Assembly: GCA_038250645.1 (NCBI GenBank)
Contig: JBBSCD010000001.1
Location: 1-56,389, forward strand
Direction: 5' to 3'
DNA length: 56,389 bases
Source of the DNA: Rhodospirillales bacterium
GTDB taxonomy: Bacteria; Pseudomonadota; Alphaproteobacteria; Rhodospirillales; Defluviicoccaceae
A program made the translations under genes and the position numbers. A model generated the notes under the pieces. That model searched no databases. It had not been told where the DNA came from and was given only the letters and a program-made list of their open reading frames with translations. Shown here in pieces: positions 42,088 to 56,389 of the stretch (within the stretch, counting starts at the first letter, position 1; each line of letters begins with the position of its first letter).

Positions 42088-45075
42088 CTAGAAAGCGACT
42101 TCGACCCGCGGGCCGGCCTTGCTCTTCGGCTCGAACTCCGCACGGCATTCCGCCACCTGACCGGCGCCGATCTTGTCGCGCTCGACGAGTTGCTGGCGGA
42201 CAGCACGTGTGCGCTCCTCGGCGAGGCGGGTCAGGGCCGAACGGGCCTGATCGTCCACCGACGAGTTCTTGGGCGGCGGGCTCGCCCCGCGGCCGCCCTG
42301 CTGGGCGGCAGCCGGCGGCGCGGGTTGCGGCAACTCGCCGCGCGCCCGCAAGGCCTGCAGATCCTCACCGCCGGATTTGCCGCACACCCGCAAGCTCAGC
42401 TTCGGCCGCTCCTTGAGCATTTTGGCCAGGTTGTCGGTGAAGACCTGGGCCTCGGGACCGAGCGTGGCCGCGCCCGCGGCGAAGGGGATCGGCTTGAACG
42501 AGGGACCGCCGCCGCCAACGGCGCCGGCAATGGCGCCGACCGGCTCGAAGAGAAGCTTGAACGGCGCGGTCACCGCCCCGGTGACGGCGCCGGCAACAGC
42601 CTGGCCGATCGCATCCGACAGGTCGAAGCTGGGGGATGAGAGGTCGCCGGAAATCGGGATGCGCAGGTTGATCTTGCCTTCCGAGTCCTGAAGCAACCCG
42701 ACGACCGTGTCGATCGGAACGCCGATGGAGGCCGACAGCCGCTGCGCGTCTTCCTTCGACAGCGCCCCGAAGGCAAGGTTGCGCAGGTCGATCAGGATTG
42801 TGCCGTCGAGCTTGCTGTTGTCGGCCGAGGCGTCGGCTTTGAGGGTGAGCCGGCCGCTGTCGATGTTCGCGCCCACGGCCTGAGCGGCATAGGGCGAAAG
42901 CGGCGGAAGCTCCAGCTTCTCGATCTGCGCAAGGATATCGAAGTTGCGCTGGGCCGCGAACGGCGTGATCCAGCCGTTGGCGGTTATAACGGTGAAGTCG
43001 TTGACGTTGGCGGCGAGGCGAATGTCGGTCTTCTGCGCCGGCGCGGCCATGTCGAGGTTTTCGACCTGGAGAGTCTTGATGGCGGTGTTCAGCCGCACCT
43101 CCGGGGTGACGGAGGTGTCGGTGAAGGCGATTTTCGCGGGCGATGCGAGTGCGAACGCGCCGAGCCTAATGGTCGGCTTGGCGCCCCCGTCACCGCCGGG
43201 TTGCGCGGTTTCCGGCTGCTGCTTGTCCTGCTGCCCCTTTTCCGGCGGCGCCTTGCTTGAAAAGGCGGTCAAAACGTCGCGGCTGAAGGCGATGTCGGTA
43301 CCGCCCACCGTGAGCTTGTCGGCGCCGATGGCGAACGACTGATCCGCGCGCGCGCCTTCTAAGGTGATTTGCGCGAGGCGCGCCTTCGCCAGGTCGCCGC
43401 CGCCAACGGCCGCGCTGAGGGCATCGATGACGGCGTCGAGGGCGACGGTCCACTGCGGTGCGCCGCCGCCCAGCTTCGCCGCGATCTTGCCCAGATCGAG
43501 CTGCACGCGTTGGATGCCGGCGTCGATAGGCGGCTTGTCGCCGGCCGTCGGCATGGCCGCCGACAGCGCCGTCACACCGAGCGTTCCCGAAGAGTCGACG
43601 CTCGTTTGTCCCGCACCGGTCGCAATGGCGAGACTGGGCAGCGACAGGGTCGCCGCGTCGGCGGCGATGCGCATGGCTTCGGCGGGCAAAGGCTGCGGCA
43701 GTTGCCCCCTGACCTCGCCAAGCGAGAGCTCGAGGCCGCCGGTAACGTTGGTCCCGCCGTTTCCGACAGTCGCCTTGATGTCCTTGAGTCCGGTCTTAAC
43801 CGTACCCGCCTGAAGCGACGGGCCCTGCTGTCCGTTGACTCCAGCGGCTTGCGCCTCGATCTGGGTCAAGGCCATATCGCCCTTGACCGCGACCTGCGTG
43901 CGGCCATCGGCCTGTTCGGCGTTCAGCGTCGGAACGTCGATCGTTGCGTTCGCCAGGCGGACCTTCGAGCCGCCGGCGGCCTCAAGATGAGCGTTGTCGA
44001 GCACGAAATTGACCGGACCGCTCAACGTGCCCGCGCCGCCGGGAGCGAGCTGATAGCGGTTGTCCAGCTTCAGAACCGCGCGGTCGAAAGTCATTGCGAT
44101 CTGATCGGGACGGCTGGCGTCGACGTCGGTCCCTGTGACTTCGCCCTTCACCTTTGCGTCGACGGCGCCCTGACCGCCTTTGAATGAACCCGAGAGATCC
44201 GCCCGCAACACGCCGGAGCGCCGGTCGAAGCCCAGCGGCCCGGTGTACAGCGCGATTTTATCCATCTCGACATCATTGACCGTCATCCGGACATCGGCCT
44301 GGACCTCCTCGCCGAACGGCCGCGCCGTCCCCTCAGCGCGAAAGCCCATGTTGTTGATGCGCGCGTCGAGGATGAAGCGGCCGGGATGATCCGGCTGCCA
44401 GGTCCGGAATTCGTGCAGTTCGAGGTTGTCGACATCGAGCTGGATGGTGCCCTTGGCGCGGTCGGTATAGAAAATCCGGCTTTCGACGAAGCGGAAATCG
44501 TCGAGGCCGGCGCCCCAGCCCGGCTGGTCCTCCTTCGGCGGCGGCGGCTGTTCCTCCTTCGGCTTCGTGAACTGGCTGAGGTCGACGCCGTTGATCGTAA
44601 TGTTGCCATCCATCTCCCGGGTCACCTGGACATCGACGCCCTTGATGATCAGGGTGCGGATCAGCGCCTGGCGATGAAAGAGGTTGAGCACGCCGTACTT
44701 CAGTCCGACTTCCGTGACTTCTCCGATCGGCGCCCCTTCGCCGCGGAAAGTGACAGGCCCGAGCCAGACCTCGCGGTTCCAGACATCGATCCGCAGGGTG
44801 TCGATGCCTTCCGTGGTGATGCCCATGTTGTCGAGCTGGCTGCGGACGATGTAGCGTGCGGCATAGGTCGGCAGAACGAAGACGATCAGCGCGAGAATCA
44901 CCAGCGGAATGATGATCCAGGCTGCGATCTTCCAACGCCGGCGCCGGGATCGGGAGGGCGCCGCTGTCGAGGCCGGATCGATATCGTGTGACGGGGGCGA
45001 CGACGGCGTTGAGCTCACGAACGTTCCTCCACTCTCATTGCTTGCTCTCGCTTTCGCCGGCTTCGCTGCCGGCAT
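42088..45075 (-). CDS. large DUF748-like envelope protein (N-terminal anchor, long beta-rich region, OmpA-C-like tail)
   Basis: 995 aa, with one N-terminal TM helix (WKIAAWIIIPLVILALIVFVL). It has repetitive beta-rich sequence typical of DUF748/AsmA-like proteins. The C-terminus LAEERTRAVRQQLVERDKI resembles OmpA-like RA.AV..yL. Confidence 0.65.
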   Translation of the reverse strand: MPAAKPAKARASNESGGTFVSSTPSSPPSHDIDPASTAAPSRSRRRRWKIAAWIIIPLVILALIVFVLPTYAARYIVRSQLDNMGITTEGIDTLRIDVWNREVWLGPVTFRGEGAPIGEVTEVGLKYGVLNLFHRQALIRTLIIKGVDVQVTREMDGNITINGVDLSQFTKPKEEQPPPPKEDQPGWGAGLDDFRFVESRIFYTDRAKGTIQLDVDNLELHEFRTWQPDHPGRFILDARINNMGFRAEGTARPFGEEVQADVRMTVNDVEMDKIALYTGPLGFDRRSGVLRADLSGSFKGGQGAVDAKVKGEVTGTDVDASRPDQIAMTFDRAVLKLDNRYQLAPGGAGTLSGPVNFVLDNAHLEAAGGSKVRLANATIDVPTLNAEQADGRTQVAVKGDMALTQIEAQAAGVNGQQGPSLQAGTVKTGLKDIKATVGNGGTNVTGGLELSLGEVRGQLPQPLPAEAMRIAADAATLSLPSLAIATGAGQTSVDSSGTLGVTALSAAMPTAGDKPPIDAGIQRVQLDLGKIAAKLGGGAPQWTVALDAVIDALSAAVGGGDLAKARLAQITLEGARADQSFAIGADKLTVGGTDIAFSRDVLTAFSSKAPPEKGQQDKQQPETAQPGGDGGAKPTIRLGAFALASPAKIAFTDTSVTPEVRLNTAIKTLQVENLDMAAPAQKTDIRLAANVNDFTVITANGWITPFAAQRNFDILAQIEKLELPPLSPYAAQAVGANIDSGRLTLKADASADNSKLDGTILIDLRNLAFGALSKEDAQRLSASIGVPIDTVVGLLQDSEGKINLRIPISGDLSSPSFDLSDAIGQAVAGAVTGAVTAPFKLLFEPVGAIAGAVGGGGPSFKPIPFAAGAATLGPEAQVFTDNLAKMLKERPKLSLRVCGKSGGEDLQALRARGELPQPAPPAAAQQGGRGASPPPKNSSVDDQARSALTRLAEERTRAVRQQLVERDKIGAGQVAECRAEFEPKSKAGPRVEVAF

Positions 45076-45089
45076 TCCTGCGCAGGGGT

Positions 45090-46535
45090 TCAGCCGGAGA
45101 CGGCTTGGGGCTGGTCGCTCTGGCGGTCCTGCTCCTCTCGCAGGGCTTGCACGTCTGCGTCGTCGCTCTCCGCTGGCGGCTCGGCGTTTGCCTGTAGACC
45201 GAGAGTCATCTCGTCATCCAGGGCCAGGTCCTTGAGCGTTGTCTGTTCGAGCAGATCCGCCAGCGTACGGTCGATCTGCTCGGTCAGGCGCTCGACCGGC
45301 GGGTCAGCGCGGACAACATCGATGCCGGGGTGGCTTTGTTCCTCGGCGGCCCGCACCGCAACCATCACGGCGCTGAGCGGCGTCAACTCCATCGGCCGCG
45401 CCGGAAGGTAGCAGGGCGGCTTGTCGGCGGTCCGCTTCAGAAGCCCCGCTGCCTCAAGCGCTTCGAGCACGGGTCCACAGGTCTCGCCGGCAAGAGTGAC
45501 GGCCTTCGCCAGGCGCTCGAGGCTCCATCCCGGCGCGCCGCGATAGTAATCGCGGCCGATGATGCTCATCAGCTGGAACGCCGTGCGTTCCTTCAGCCGG
45601 TTGCTGAGCAGCAACGGCACGCGCCGGGGGCGAACGCTCTCGGGATGCTGGTGGTAGAAGGCGATCGACGCGCCGACCAGCAGGATGAGCCAGCTCACGT
45701 ACAGCCAGATCATGAACAGGATCGGGGTCGCGAACGCGGAGTAGATCGCCGTGTACTTGGTCGAGCCGGCGACGAACGAGGCGAAAACGGAACCGGCGAT
45801 GACCCACAGCATGCCGGCGACGACCGCGCCGATGAAGGCCGACAGCCAGCGGACGCGCGTATTCGGGATGAACACGTAGAGAAAGGTGAAGGCGCCGACG
45901 ATCATCAGGTACGGCATGACCGTACGGATCACGTTGATCGCCCAGCCGAAGATCTGATAGTCGCGCAACTGCTCGACGACCACGTTGGTGCTGAGCGAAG
46001 CGCTGACGCCGAACGCCGAGAACATCAGCAGCGGACCGATGAGGATAACGCTTAGGAAATCGCTGAACCGGCGCGTCATCGATCGCTGGTTGCCGATCCG
46101 CCATGTTTCGTTGAAGGACGCCTCGATCTTCTGCATCAGTGAGATCACGGTCCAGACCAGAAGGCCAAGCCCTAGGGCGCCGAGGACGCCGACCCGCATG
46201 TTGTCGACGAAAGCGAGAATCCGGTCGGTTATTTCTCCCGCGCGCGAGCCAAGCGGCTCCAGCGCGCTGAGCAGGATGGGCTCGATGAAATTGTGCACAC
46301 CGAAGCTTTTCAGCACCGAGAAGCTGAAGGCGAGCAGGGGCACCAGCGACAGCAGGGTGGTGTAGACGAGGCTGGTCGCGTGCAAGGTGAGGTTGCCGTC
46401 CATCACATCGCGGACGACATCGTAGAGGATCCGGCCGATCCGAACCATGATCGCCTGCCAGCGGGGAAGCTGACGCAGATCGCTTTTCCACAGAAACCTG
46501 GCGACGGGCGGAAGGAAGACCGGACTTGAGGTCAT
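45090..46535 (-). CDS. YihY/BrkB family inner-membrane protein with a C-terminal soluble extension
   Basis: LHATSLVYTTLLSLVPLLAFSFSVL and six hydrophobic helices match the YihY family. The ATG at 46535 follows AAAGGGA; the ORF opens at GTG 46556. It ends 14 nt before the DUF748 start. Confidence 0.85.
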   Translation of the reverse strand: MTSSPVFLPPVARFLWKSDLRQLPRWQAIMVRIGRILYDVVRDVMDGNLTLHATSLVYTTLLSLVPLLAFSFSVLKSFGVHNFIEPILLSALEPLGSRAGEITDRILAFVDNMRVGVLGALGLGLLVWTVISLMQKIEASFNETWRIGNQRSMTRRFSDFLSVILIGPLLMFSAFGVSASLSTNVVVEQLRDYQIFGWAINVIRTVMPYLMIVGAFTFLYVFIPNTRVRWLSAFIGAVVAGMLWVIAGSVFASFVAGSTKYTAIYSAFATPILFMIWLYVSWLILLVGASIAFYHQHPESVRPRRVPLLLSNRLKERTAFQLMSIIGRDYYRGAPGWSLERLAKAVTLAGETCGPVLEALEAAGLLKRTADKPPCYLPARPMELTPLSAVMVAVRAAEEQSHPGIDVVRADPPVERLTEQIDRTLADLLEQTTLKDLALDDEMTLGLQANAEPPAESDDADVQALREEQDRQSDQPQAVSG

Positions 46536-46556
46536 CGCTGTCCCTTTCGGGGCCAC

Positions 46557-46890
46557 GGCCGCCGAGGTTTGCGCTTCACCGTCGCCTGGGACATGTACTG
46601 GGTTACGAAGGCGACGGTGACGCCGAATTCATTGTCTGATGATCTCCCCGGCGATGGCGTCTTCAAACGCGATGCCCTTCCGGCGGCGCGACTGTCTCGC
46701 ATTCCCGGAGACTAATGATCGGATACGGCCATCGACCAGCAAAATCGTGATCTGCACGGGCTTGTGGAAGAAGTGTTTGCCTGAACCTGACGACCTTGTA
46801 ATGTGCGCCCGGCGGACCCACACTGAACGGCGTGGGTATGGTTTGTGTCCGAGATTGCGTCCCAGACGCAACAATGCTTCCAGGTGCGGA
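46557..46890 (-). pseudogene. possible decayed ABC-transporter ATPase relic
   Basis: Minus-strand translation gives, in colinear order, ...[19 protein letters not shown] (Walker A GxSGSGK) and [10 protein letters not shown]...[11 protein letters not shown] (the RRk.IGfVFQd block). After a stop and frame change it gives [16 protein letters not shown] (the H-loop block GvT.vfVTHDmseA, with H and D replaced). The signature and Walker B regions are missing. Confidence 0.3.
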
Positions 46891-47013
46891 CCGGACCGGG
46901 GGACGGGTGGGGATCCGGAACCCTCAAGCCGCGGTATAAAAAATCGTCGGAAGTCGCGACGCGACCGGTGTCTTCGAGGCCATACGGAAGGAAAGGGCGG
47001 TTCAATCGCTAGG

Positions 47014-51672
<4,659 letters not shown>

Positions 51673-51674
51673 CC

Positions 51675-53126
51675 ATGGGCAAGCCAACGGGTTTCAAGGA
51701 GATCGCGCGCCGGGATCGTGCCTACGAGTCGATCAGCACACGCGTGCGCCATTGGAGCGAGTTTTCGGTGCCGATGGAGGAGGCCGAGCTCTCGCGTCAG
51801 GGCGCGCGCTGCATGGACTGCGGCATCCCGTTCTGTCATCAGGGCTGTCCGGTCAACAATATCATCCCGGATTGGAACGACCTCGTTTACAACGGCGAGT
51901 GGCGCGAAGCCCTGGACGTCCTCCACTCGACCAACAACTTCCCCGAATTCACCGGGCGGATCTGTCCGGCCCCGTGCGAGGCGGCGTGCACCCTCAACAT
52001 TTTCGACACCCCGGTCACCATCAAGACGATCGAATGCGCGATCATCGACAAGGGCTGGGAAAACGGCTGGGTTCTGCCGCAGATCCCGACCCATCGCACC
52101 GGCCGCCGCATCGCCGTCGTCGGTTCCGGACCGGCCGGAATGGCCTGCGCCCAGCAGCTTGCCCGCGCCGGCCACTGGGTTGTCGTCTTCGAGAGACAGG
52201 ACCGGATCGGCGGACTGCTTCGCTATGGCGTTCCTGACTTCAAGATGGAAAAGCACCTGATCGACCGGCGGATGGCGCAGATGCAGGCGGAGGGCGTCGA
52301 GTTCCGGCCGAACAGCAACGTCGGCGACGCGATCCCCGCCGGCCGGCTGGCCGAGGAGTTTGACGCGGTCGTCCTCTCGGGCGGCGCCGAGCACCCCCGC
52401 GATCTGCCGGTACCGGGCCGGGAGCTCGCGGGCATTCACTTCGCGATGGATTTCCTGACCCAGCAGAACACCCGCGTCGCCGGCGGTTCGGTTGACGACG
52501 AAGGCGCCATACTTGCCGGCGGACGCAAGGTCGTGGTCATCGGCGGCGGCGACACCGGCTCGGACTGCGTCGGCACCTCGATCCGCCAGGGAGCGTCGTC
52601 GGTCACCCAGCTCGAGATCCTGCCGCGGCCGCCCGAGCACGAGGACAAGGCGCTGACCTGGCCAGATTGGCCGCTGAAGTTGCGGACTTCGACCTCACAC
52701 GAGGAAGGCTGCGCGCGCGATTGGTCGGTTTCGACCAAGGCGCTCCACGGTAACGGCCGGGTCGAGGCCCTCGAGCTGGTCCGGGTTGACTGGGAGAAGG
52801 ACGAAAACGGCGGCTGGAATCTGCGCCCGCTGACTGGCAGCGAATTTCGGATCGAAACCGATCTGGTGCTGCTCGCCATGGGCTTCGTTCATCCGCGGCA
52901 TGATCGCCTGCTCCAGGATCTCGGGGTCGAGCTCGACGCCCGCGGCAACGTCAAGGCGGATACCGAAGGCGAGCCCGGGGCCTACCAGACCAGCAACCCG
53001 AAGGTCTTTACCTGCGGCGACATGCGCCGCGGCCAGTCGCTGGTCGTCTGGGCCATCCGCGAGGGTCGCCAGTGCGCCCGCTCGGTCGATCAGATGCTGA
53101 TGGGATATTCCGAGCTGCCAAGGTAG
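51675..53126 (+). CDS. gltD: glutamate synthase small subunit (NADPH)
   Basis: [10 protein letters not shown] start, Fe-S cysteine clusters ([15 protein letters not shown]) and two dinucleotide folds ([21 protein letters not shown]). Confidence 0.95.
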   Translation: MGKPTGFKEIARRDRAYESISTRVRHWSEFSVPMEEAELSRQGARCMDCGIPFCHQGCPVNNIIPDWNDLVYNGEWREALDVLHSTNNFPEFTGRICPAPCEAACTLNIFDTPVTIKTIECAIIDKGWENGWVLPQIPTHRTGRRIAVVGSGPAGMACAQQLARAGHWVVVFERQDRIGGLLRYGVPDFKMEKHLIDRRMAQMQAEGVEFRPNSNVGDAIPAGRLAEEFDAVVLSGGAEHPRDLPVPGRELAGIHFAMDFLTQQNTRVAGGSVDDEGAILAGGRKVVVIGGGDTGSDCVGTSIRQGASSVTQLEILPRPPEHEDKALTWPDWPLKLRTSTSHEEGCARDWSVSTKALHGNGRVEALELVRVDWEKDENGGWNLRPLTGSEFRIETDLVLLAMGFVHPRHDRLLQDLGVELDARGNVKADTEGEPGAYQTSNPKVFTCGDMRRGQSLVVWAIREGRQCARSVDQMLMGYSELPR

Positions 53127-53154
53127 CGCGCGGAGCCAGGGCGAGGACTTACCG

Positions 53155-53397
53155 ATGATCGTTTACGATATGCACTGTAACAACGGCCACGTCTTCGAGG
53201 AGTGGTTCACCAGCGTCGGGGACTATGACAGCAAGGCGGCGGCGCGTGACCTCGCCTGTCCCGAGTGTGGCGACACGGCTGTCACGAAGGCCCTGTCGGC
53301 GCCCCGGGTCAATGCCGGCGCGGCGAGACCGGCGGAAACGCCGTGCGGGCTGCCGGCGTGCGGCATGGGCGGCTGCCAGATGATGAACGGCGGCTGA
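53155..53397 (+). CDS. DUF1178 family zinc-ribbon protein
   Basis: MIVYDMHCNNGHVFEEWF...CPECG matches my recollection of the DUF1178 N-terminus. Confidence 0.7.
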   Translation: MIVYDMHCNNGHVFEEWFTSVGDYDSKAAARDLACPECGDTAVTKALSAPRVNAGAARPAETPCGLPACGMGGCQMMNGG

Positions 53398-53418
53398 TCC
53401 GGCTGCGGTTGCTTCCCG

Positions 53419-53814
53419 GTGCTTGGCAACCGGCTGGCCTCGGCCTGCCTTGCCGTGGCGGGGCTGAACGGCTTCCTTGCGGTGGCCGCCGGCGCGTACG
53501 GCCGTCATGCCGTGACCGAGGCCTACCCGCGCGAAATCATGGCCGTCGCCTCGCACTATCAGCTCGGCCATGCGCTCGCGCTGCTGGCGGTCGCCTGGCT
53601 CGCCGCCTCGGGAGAGGCGCGCTGGCTGTCGGCGGCCGGTTTCGCCGCCGTCGCCTTCACCCTCGGTATTCTGCTGTTTTCCGGCACCCTCTATGCCTTC
53701 GTCCTGAGCGGCGATCTGCCGATCGCCGGCACCGCGCCGGCGGGCGGTTTCCTGCTGATGGTCGGGTGGCTGACGTTCGTCTGGATTGGCGCGCGCGGCC
53801 TGCTGCGCCGGTAA
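53419..53814 (+). CDS. DUF423 (YgdD/TMEM256-like) small membrane protein
   Basis: Four hydrophobic helices, with LNGFLAVAAGAYGRH and HYQLGHALALL motifs. The start is GTG. Confidence 0.75.
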   Translation: MLGNRLASACLAVAGLNGFLAVAAGAYGRHAVTEAYPREIMAVASHYQLGHALALLAVAWLAASGEARWLSAAGFAAVAFTLGILLFSGTLYAFVLSGDLPIAGTAPAGGFLLMVGWLTFVWIGARGLLRR

Positions 53815-53831
53815 CGTCGAGCCGATAAGAG

Positions 53832-53857
53832 AAAAGCCGGCCCGAAGGCCGGCTTTC
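53832..53857. terminator. GC-rich hairpin between convergent genes, likely a bidirectional intrinsic terminator
   Basis: AAAGCCGGCC-cgaa-GGCCGGCTTT is a perfect 10-bp stem with a tetraloop. The A-run on one side and T-run on the other let it serve both strands. Confidence 0.6.
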
Positions 53858-53981
53858 CGTCGTCTTGACGCTGGCTGTCTCCAGATCAACCTGCTTTCGG
53901 ATGGAATCGTCCATAAGCAGAAAGTTGATCGATTACAAAAGACCGAGCATCTCATCTGCGCCCGTTGGGGCGCAGGATGCT

Positions 53982-55820
53982 CTAGCCGGCCATCTTCCAC
54001 ACTTCCGGCGCGGCGCCGGCGCGCTCTTCGAGAGCCTTGCGCTGGCGTTCGAGTTCCTCCGGCAGATGGCTGCCGAACTTGTCGAAAAACTGCCTGATTT
54101 CCTTCGCTTCGGCGAGCAGCCCCTGGCGATTGATGTCCATGATGCCGTGGTACTTCTCTCGGGTGAAGTCCAGGCCGGCCCAGGTAATGTCCTCGTAGCG
54201 CGGCATCAGTCCGAACGGGCTGTCGACGGCTTCGGCGTTGCCGTTAACTCGGTCGACGATCCACTTCAGCACCCGCATGTTCTGCCCGAAGCCCGGCCAG
54301 ATGAACTTGCCGTTCTCGTCCTTGCGGAACCAGTTGACCCGGAAGATCTTGGGCAGCTTGTAGCCCTTGCCTTCCATCTTCAGCCAGTGGTCCCAATAGT
54401 CCGCCATATTGTAGCCGATGAAGGGCAGCATCGCGAACGGATCGCGGCGGATCGCGGCCTGGCCGATTGCGGCGGCGGTCGCCTCGGAGCCCATGGTCGC
54501 GGCCATGAAGACGCCGTGCTTCCAGTCGCGGGCTTCATAGACCAGCGGGAAGGTCTTCGACAGCCGACCGCCGAAGATGAACGCGTCGATGGCGACGCCC
54601 TGCGGATCTTCCCAGGCCGGGTCGATCGTCGGGCACTGCCCGGCAGGCGCCGTGAAACGCGCGTTCGGATGGGCCGCCGGATGATCCATGTCCGGGGTCC
54701 AGTCCTTGCCCTTCCAGTCGATGGCGTGGCTGGGCTTGGGGCCGTCCATGCCTTCCCACCAGACATCGCCCTCGTCGGTGAGTGCCACATTTGTGAAGAT
54801 CGAGTTGGCCTTAATCGAGTCCATCGCCATCGGGTTGGAGTCGTATGACGTGCCCGGGGCGACGCCGAAGAAACCGTACTCGGGATTGATCGCCCGCAGC
54901 GAGCCGTCCGGCGCCGGCTTGATCCAGGCGATGTCGTCGCCAATGGTCGACGCCTTCCAGCCCTCGAACCCCTGCGGCGGCAGGATCATGGCCAGGTTGG
55001 TCTTGCCGCAGGCGCTGGGAAATGCGGCGGCGACGTATGTTTTCTCACCCTTGGGCGACTCGAGCCCGAGAATGAGCATGTGCTCGGCCATCCAGCCTTC
55101 ATCGCGGGCCATCACCGAGGCGATGCGCAGCGCCAAGCACTTCTTGCCGAGCAAGGCGTTGCCGCCGTAGCCGCTGCCGTACGACCAGATCTCGCGGGTC
55201 ACAGGGAAGTGGCAAATGTACTTCTTGCTGATGTCGCCCTCGCACGGCCACGGCACGTCCTTCTGTCCCGGCTGGAGCGGCATGCCGACCGAGTGAACGG
55301 TCGGAATGAAAAAGCCGTCGGAACCGAGGACGTCGAGCACCTTCTGTCCCATACGGGTCATGATCCGCATGTTGCAGACAACGTACGGCGAGTCCGTGAT
55401 TTCCATGCCGATCTGCGCGATCGGAGAGCCGAGCGGGCCCATGCTGAAGGGGATGACGTACATCGTCCGTCCCTTCATGCAGCCGTCGAAGACGCCCTTG
55501 AGGATCGTCTTCATTTCGGTCGGGTCCATCCAGTTGTTGGTCGGTCCGGCCTCTTCCTTTGTTTTCGAGCAGATGTAGGTTCGCTCCTCGACCCGAGCGA
55601 CGTCGCTCGGGTGCGAGCGCGCCAGGTACGAGTCCGGCCGCTTCTCCGGGTTCAGCCGGGTGTAGGTGCCCGAATCGACCATCTGTTGGCTGAGCCGGTC
55701 GTATTCCTCCTGCGATCCGTCACACCAGTACACGCTGTCCGGCTTGCAGATGCCGGCGATCTCCTCGACCCAAGCCAGAAGCTTGGTGTTGGAGGTCCGG
55801 TCGCGTCCAGTTGCTGTCAT
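53982..55820 (-). CDS. pckG: phosphoenolpyruvate carboxykinase (GTP-dependent)
   Basis: 612 aa, with [18 protein letters not shown], the kinase-1a loop [12 protein letters not shown], and [10 protein letters not shown]. Confidence 0.95.
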   Translation of the reverse strand: MTATGRDRTSNTKLLAWVEEIAGICKPDSVYWCDGSQEEYDRLSQQMVDSGTYTRLNPEKRPDSYLARSHPSDVARVEERTYICSKTKEEAGPTNNWMDPTEMKTILKGVFDGCMKGRTMYVIPFSMGPLGSPIAQIGMEITDSPYVVCNMRIMTRMGQKVLDVLGSDGFFIPTVHSVGMPLQPGQKDVPWPCEGDISKKYICHFPVTREIWSYGSGYGGNALLGKKCLALRIASVMARDEGWMAEHMLILGLESPKGEKTYVAAAFPSACGKTNLAMILPPQGFEGWKASTIGDDIAWIKPAPDGSLRAINPEYGFFGVAPGTSYDSNPMAMDSIKANSIFTNVALTDEGDVWWEGMDGPKPSHAIDWKGKDWTPDMDHPAAHPNARFTAPAGQCPTIDPAWEDPQGVAIDAFIFGGRLSKTFPLVYEARDWKHGVFMAATMGSEATAAAIGQAAIRRDPFAMLPFIGYNMADYWDHWLKMEGKGYKLPKIFRVNWFRKDENGKFIWPGFGQNMRVLKWIVDRVNGNAEAVDSPFGLMPRYEDITWAGLDFTREKYHGIMDINRQGLLAEAKEIRQFFDKFGSHLPEELERQRKALEERAGAAPEVWKMAG

Positions 55821-56038
55821 GAGTCACTCCCTCGCGTTGTCACATCCCGCGGAACCGCGCCGTCATCCCCACGAGAGGCATCGGCTGGCGGACCCTGTTT
55901 GCTACTTAGATGGGCTTTGCCGTGATATATTCAGCCCGATACTAAGCCTTTTCGGGGTACGTGCAAGCGCGGCACGGACAATTCTAAGATGTTCCGCACG
56001 TACTTGAAAAACATCTCGAATGTTGTGGCTGTGGCGAA

Positions 56039-56389
56039 TCAGCGGCCGGCAGGTTCGTCGCCGTTGCTCAGAATGCGATCGAGAACGAGCGCGAGTTCCT
56101 CGGCGGTTCCGACCGGCGATGGGAAGTCCAGCCTGGCGAGGGCGCCGCGACGCCGCAGGTCGCAGCCCTCGGGGTCGAGCCCGATCAGCCGCCAGCCGCC
56201 GCCGGGGCGCGCCAGCAGCCGCTGCGCCGCCTGCGCGACGGTATCCGCCTTCTCTCCCTGCAGCCGCGCGATGATGGCGGGTTCGGCGGCGGCGATCTGC
56301 GCCGCCGCGACCGGATCGTAAATGACGTCGCCGGCGTCGAACCACATCGCCCGACCGAAGCCGCCGACGAAATGGGCGCGCTCGACCAC
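56039..56389 (-). CDS. HugZ/DUF2470-like haem-utilisation-related protein, C-terminal part; the 5' end lies outside the window
   Basis: The frame is open to the window edge. The tail GLDPEGCDLRRRGALARLDFPSPV resembles my recollection of the DUF2470 domain. The assignment is tentative. Confidence 0.5.
   Translation of the reverse strand: MVERAHFVGGFGRAMWFDAGDVIYDPVAAAQIAAAEPAIIARLQGEKADTVAQAAQRLLARPGGGWRLIGLDPEGCDLRRRGALARLDFPSPVGTAEELALVLDRILSNGDEPAGR

Noticed and set aside
46639-47013. N-terminal 125 codons of the 1677-aa gltB ORF
   Set aside because: The upstream part is of low coding quality ([22 protein letters not shown]...). GltB homologues begin a few residues before the catalytic Cys (HDACGIGF), so the start is placed at 47014 or 47023.

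Overview
This is a high-GC chromosomal segment (G+C judged by eye at about two thirds, not computed) with alphaproteobacterial-type gene content and about 50 genes. Most of it is core metabolism and envelope functions. The recognisable genes include a partial GH13 amylase, a prk-tkt-rpe pentose-phosphate cluster next to tRNA-His, guaB, and a fused hydantoinase/5-oxoprolinase. They also include a TolC-family protein, msrB, dnaX with the SRP RNA (ffs) upstream, nudC, panD, pheA, kdsB and a dihaem cytochrome c. The remainder are hisN, the yejABEF peptide ABC importer, gltBD and a GTP-type PEPCK. I recognised no transposase, integrase, prophage gene or CRISPR array. The parts that look accessory or unusual are listed here.
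(1) A ~0.9 kb AT-rich islet carries one DUF6602-like gene with a PD-(D/E)xK-type motif.
(2) Two tandem paralogous sulfotransferase-like genes sit in a lower-GC patch, followed by REP-like palindromic repeats.
(3) A ferritin-like diiron gene is transcribed divergently from a Fre-like flavin reductase gene and an acidic gene of unknown function.
(4) The phosphoribulokinase is of the class II (cyanobacterial/archaeal) type, and no RuBisCO lies in the window.
(5) An ECF sigma factor gene overlaps an Ap4A-phosphorylase-like gene where an anti-sigma gene would be expected.
(6) A frameshifted orphan hicA toxin gene is present.
(7) A decayed ABC-ATPase relic lies in the long gltB leader.
I cannot show from sequence alone that any of these is a new system. 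The many long antisense or alternate-frame ORFs in the track are high-GC artefacts.
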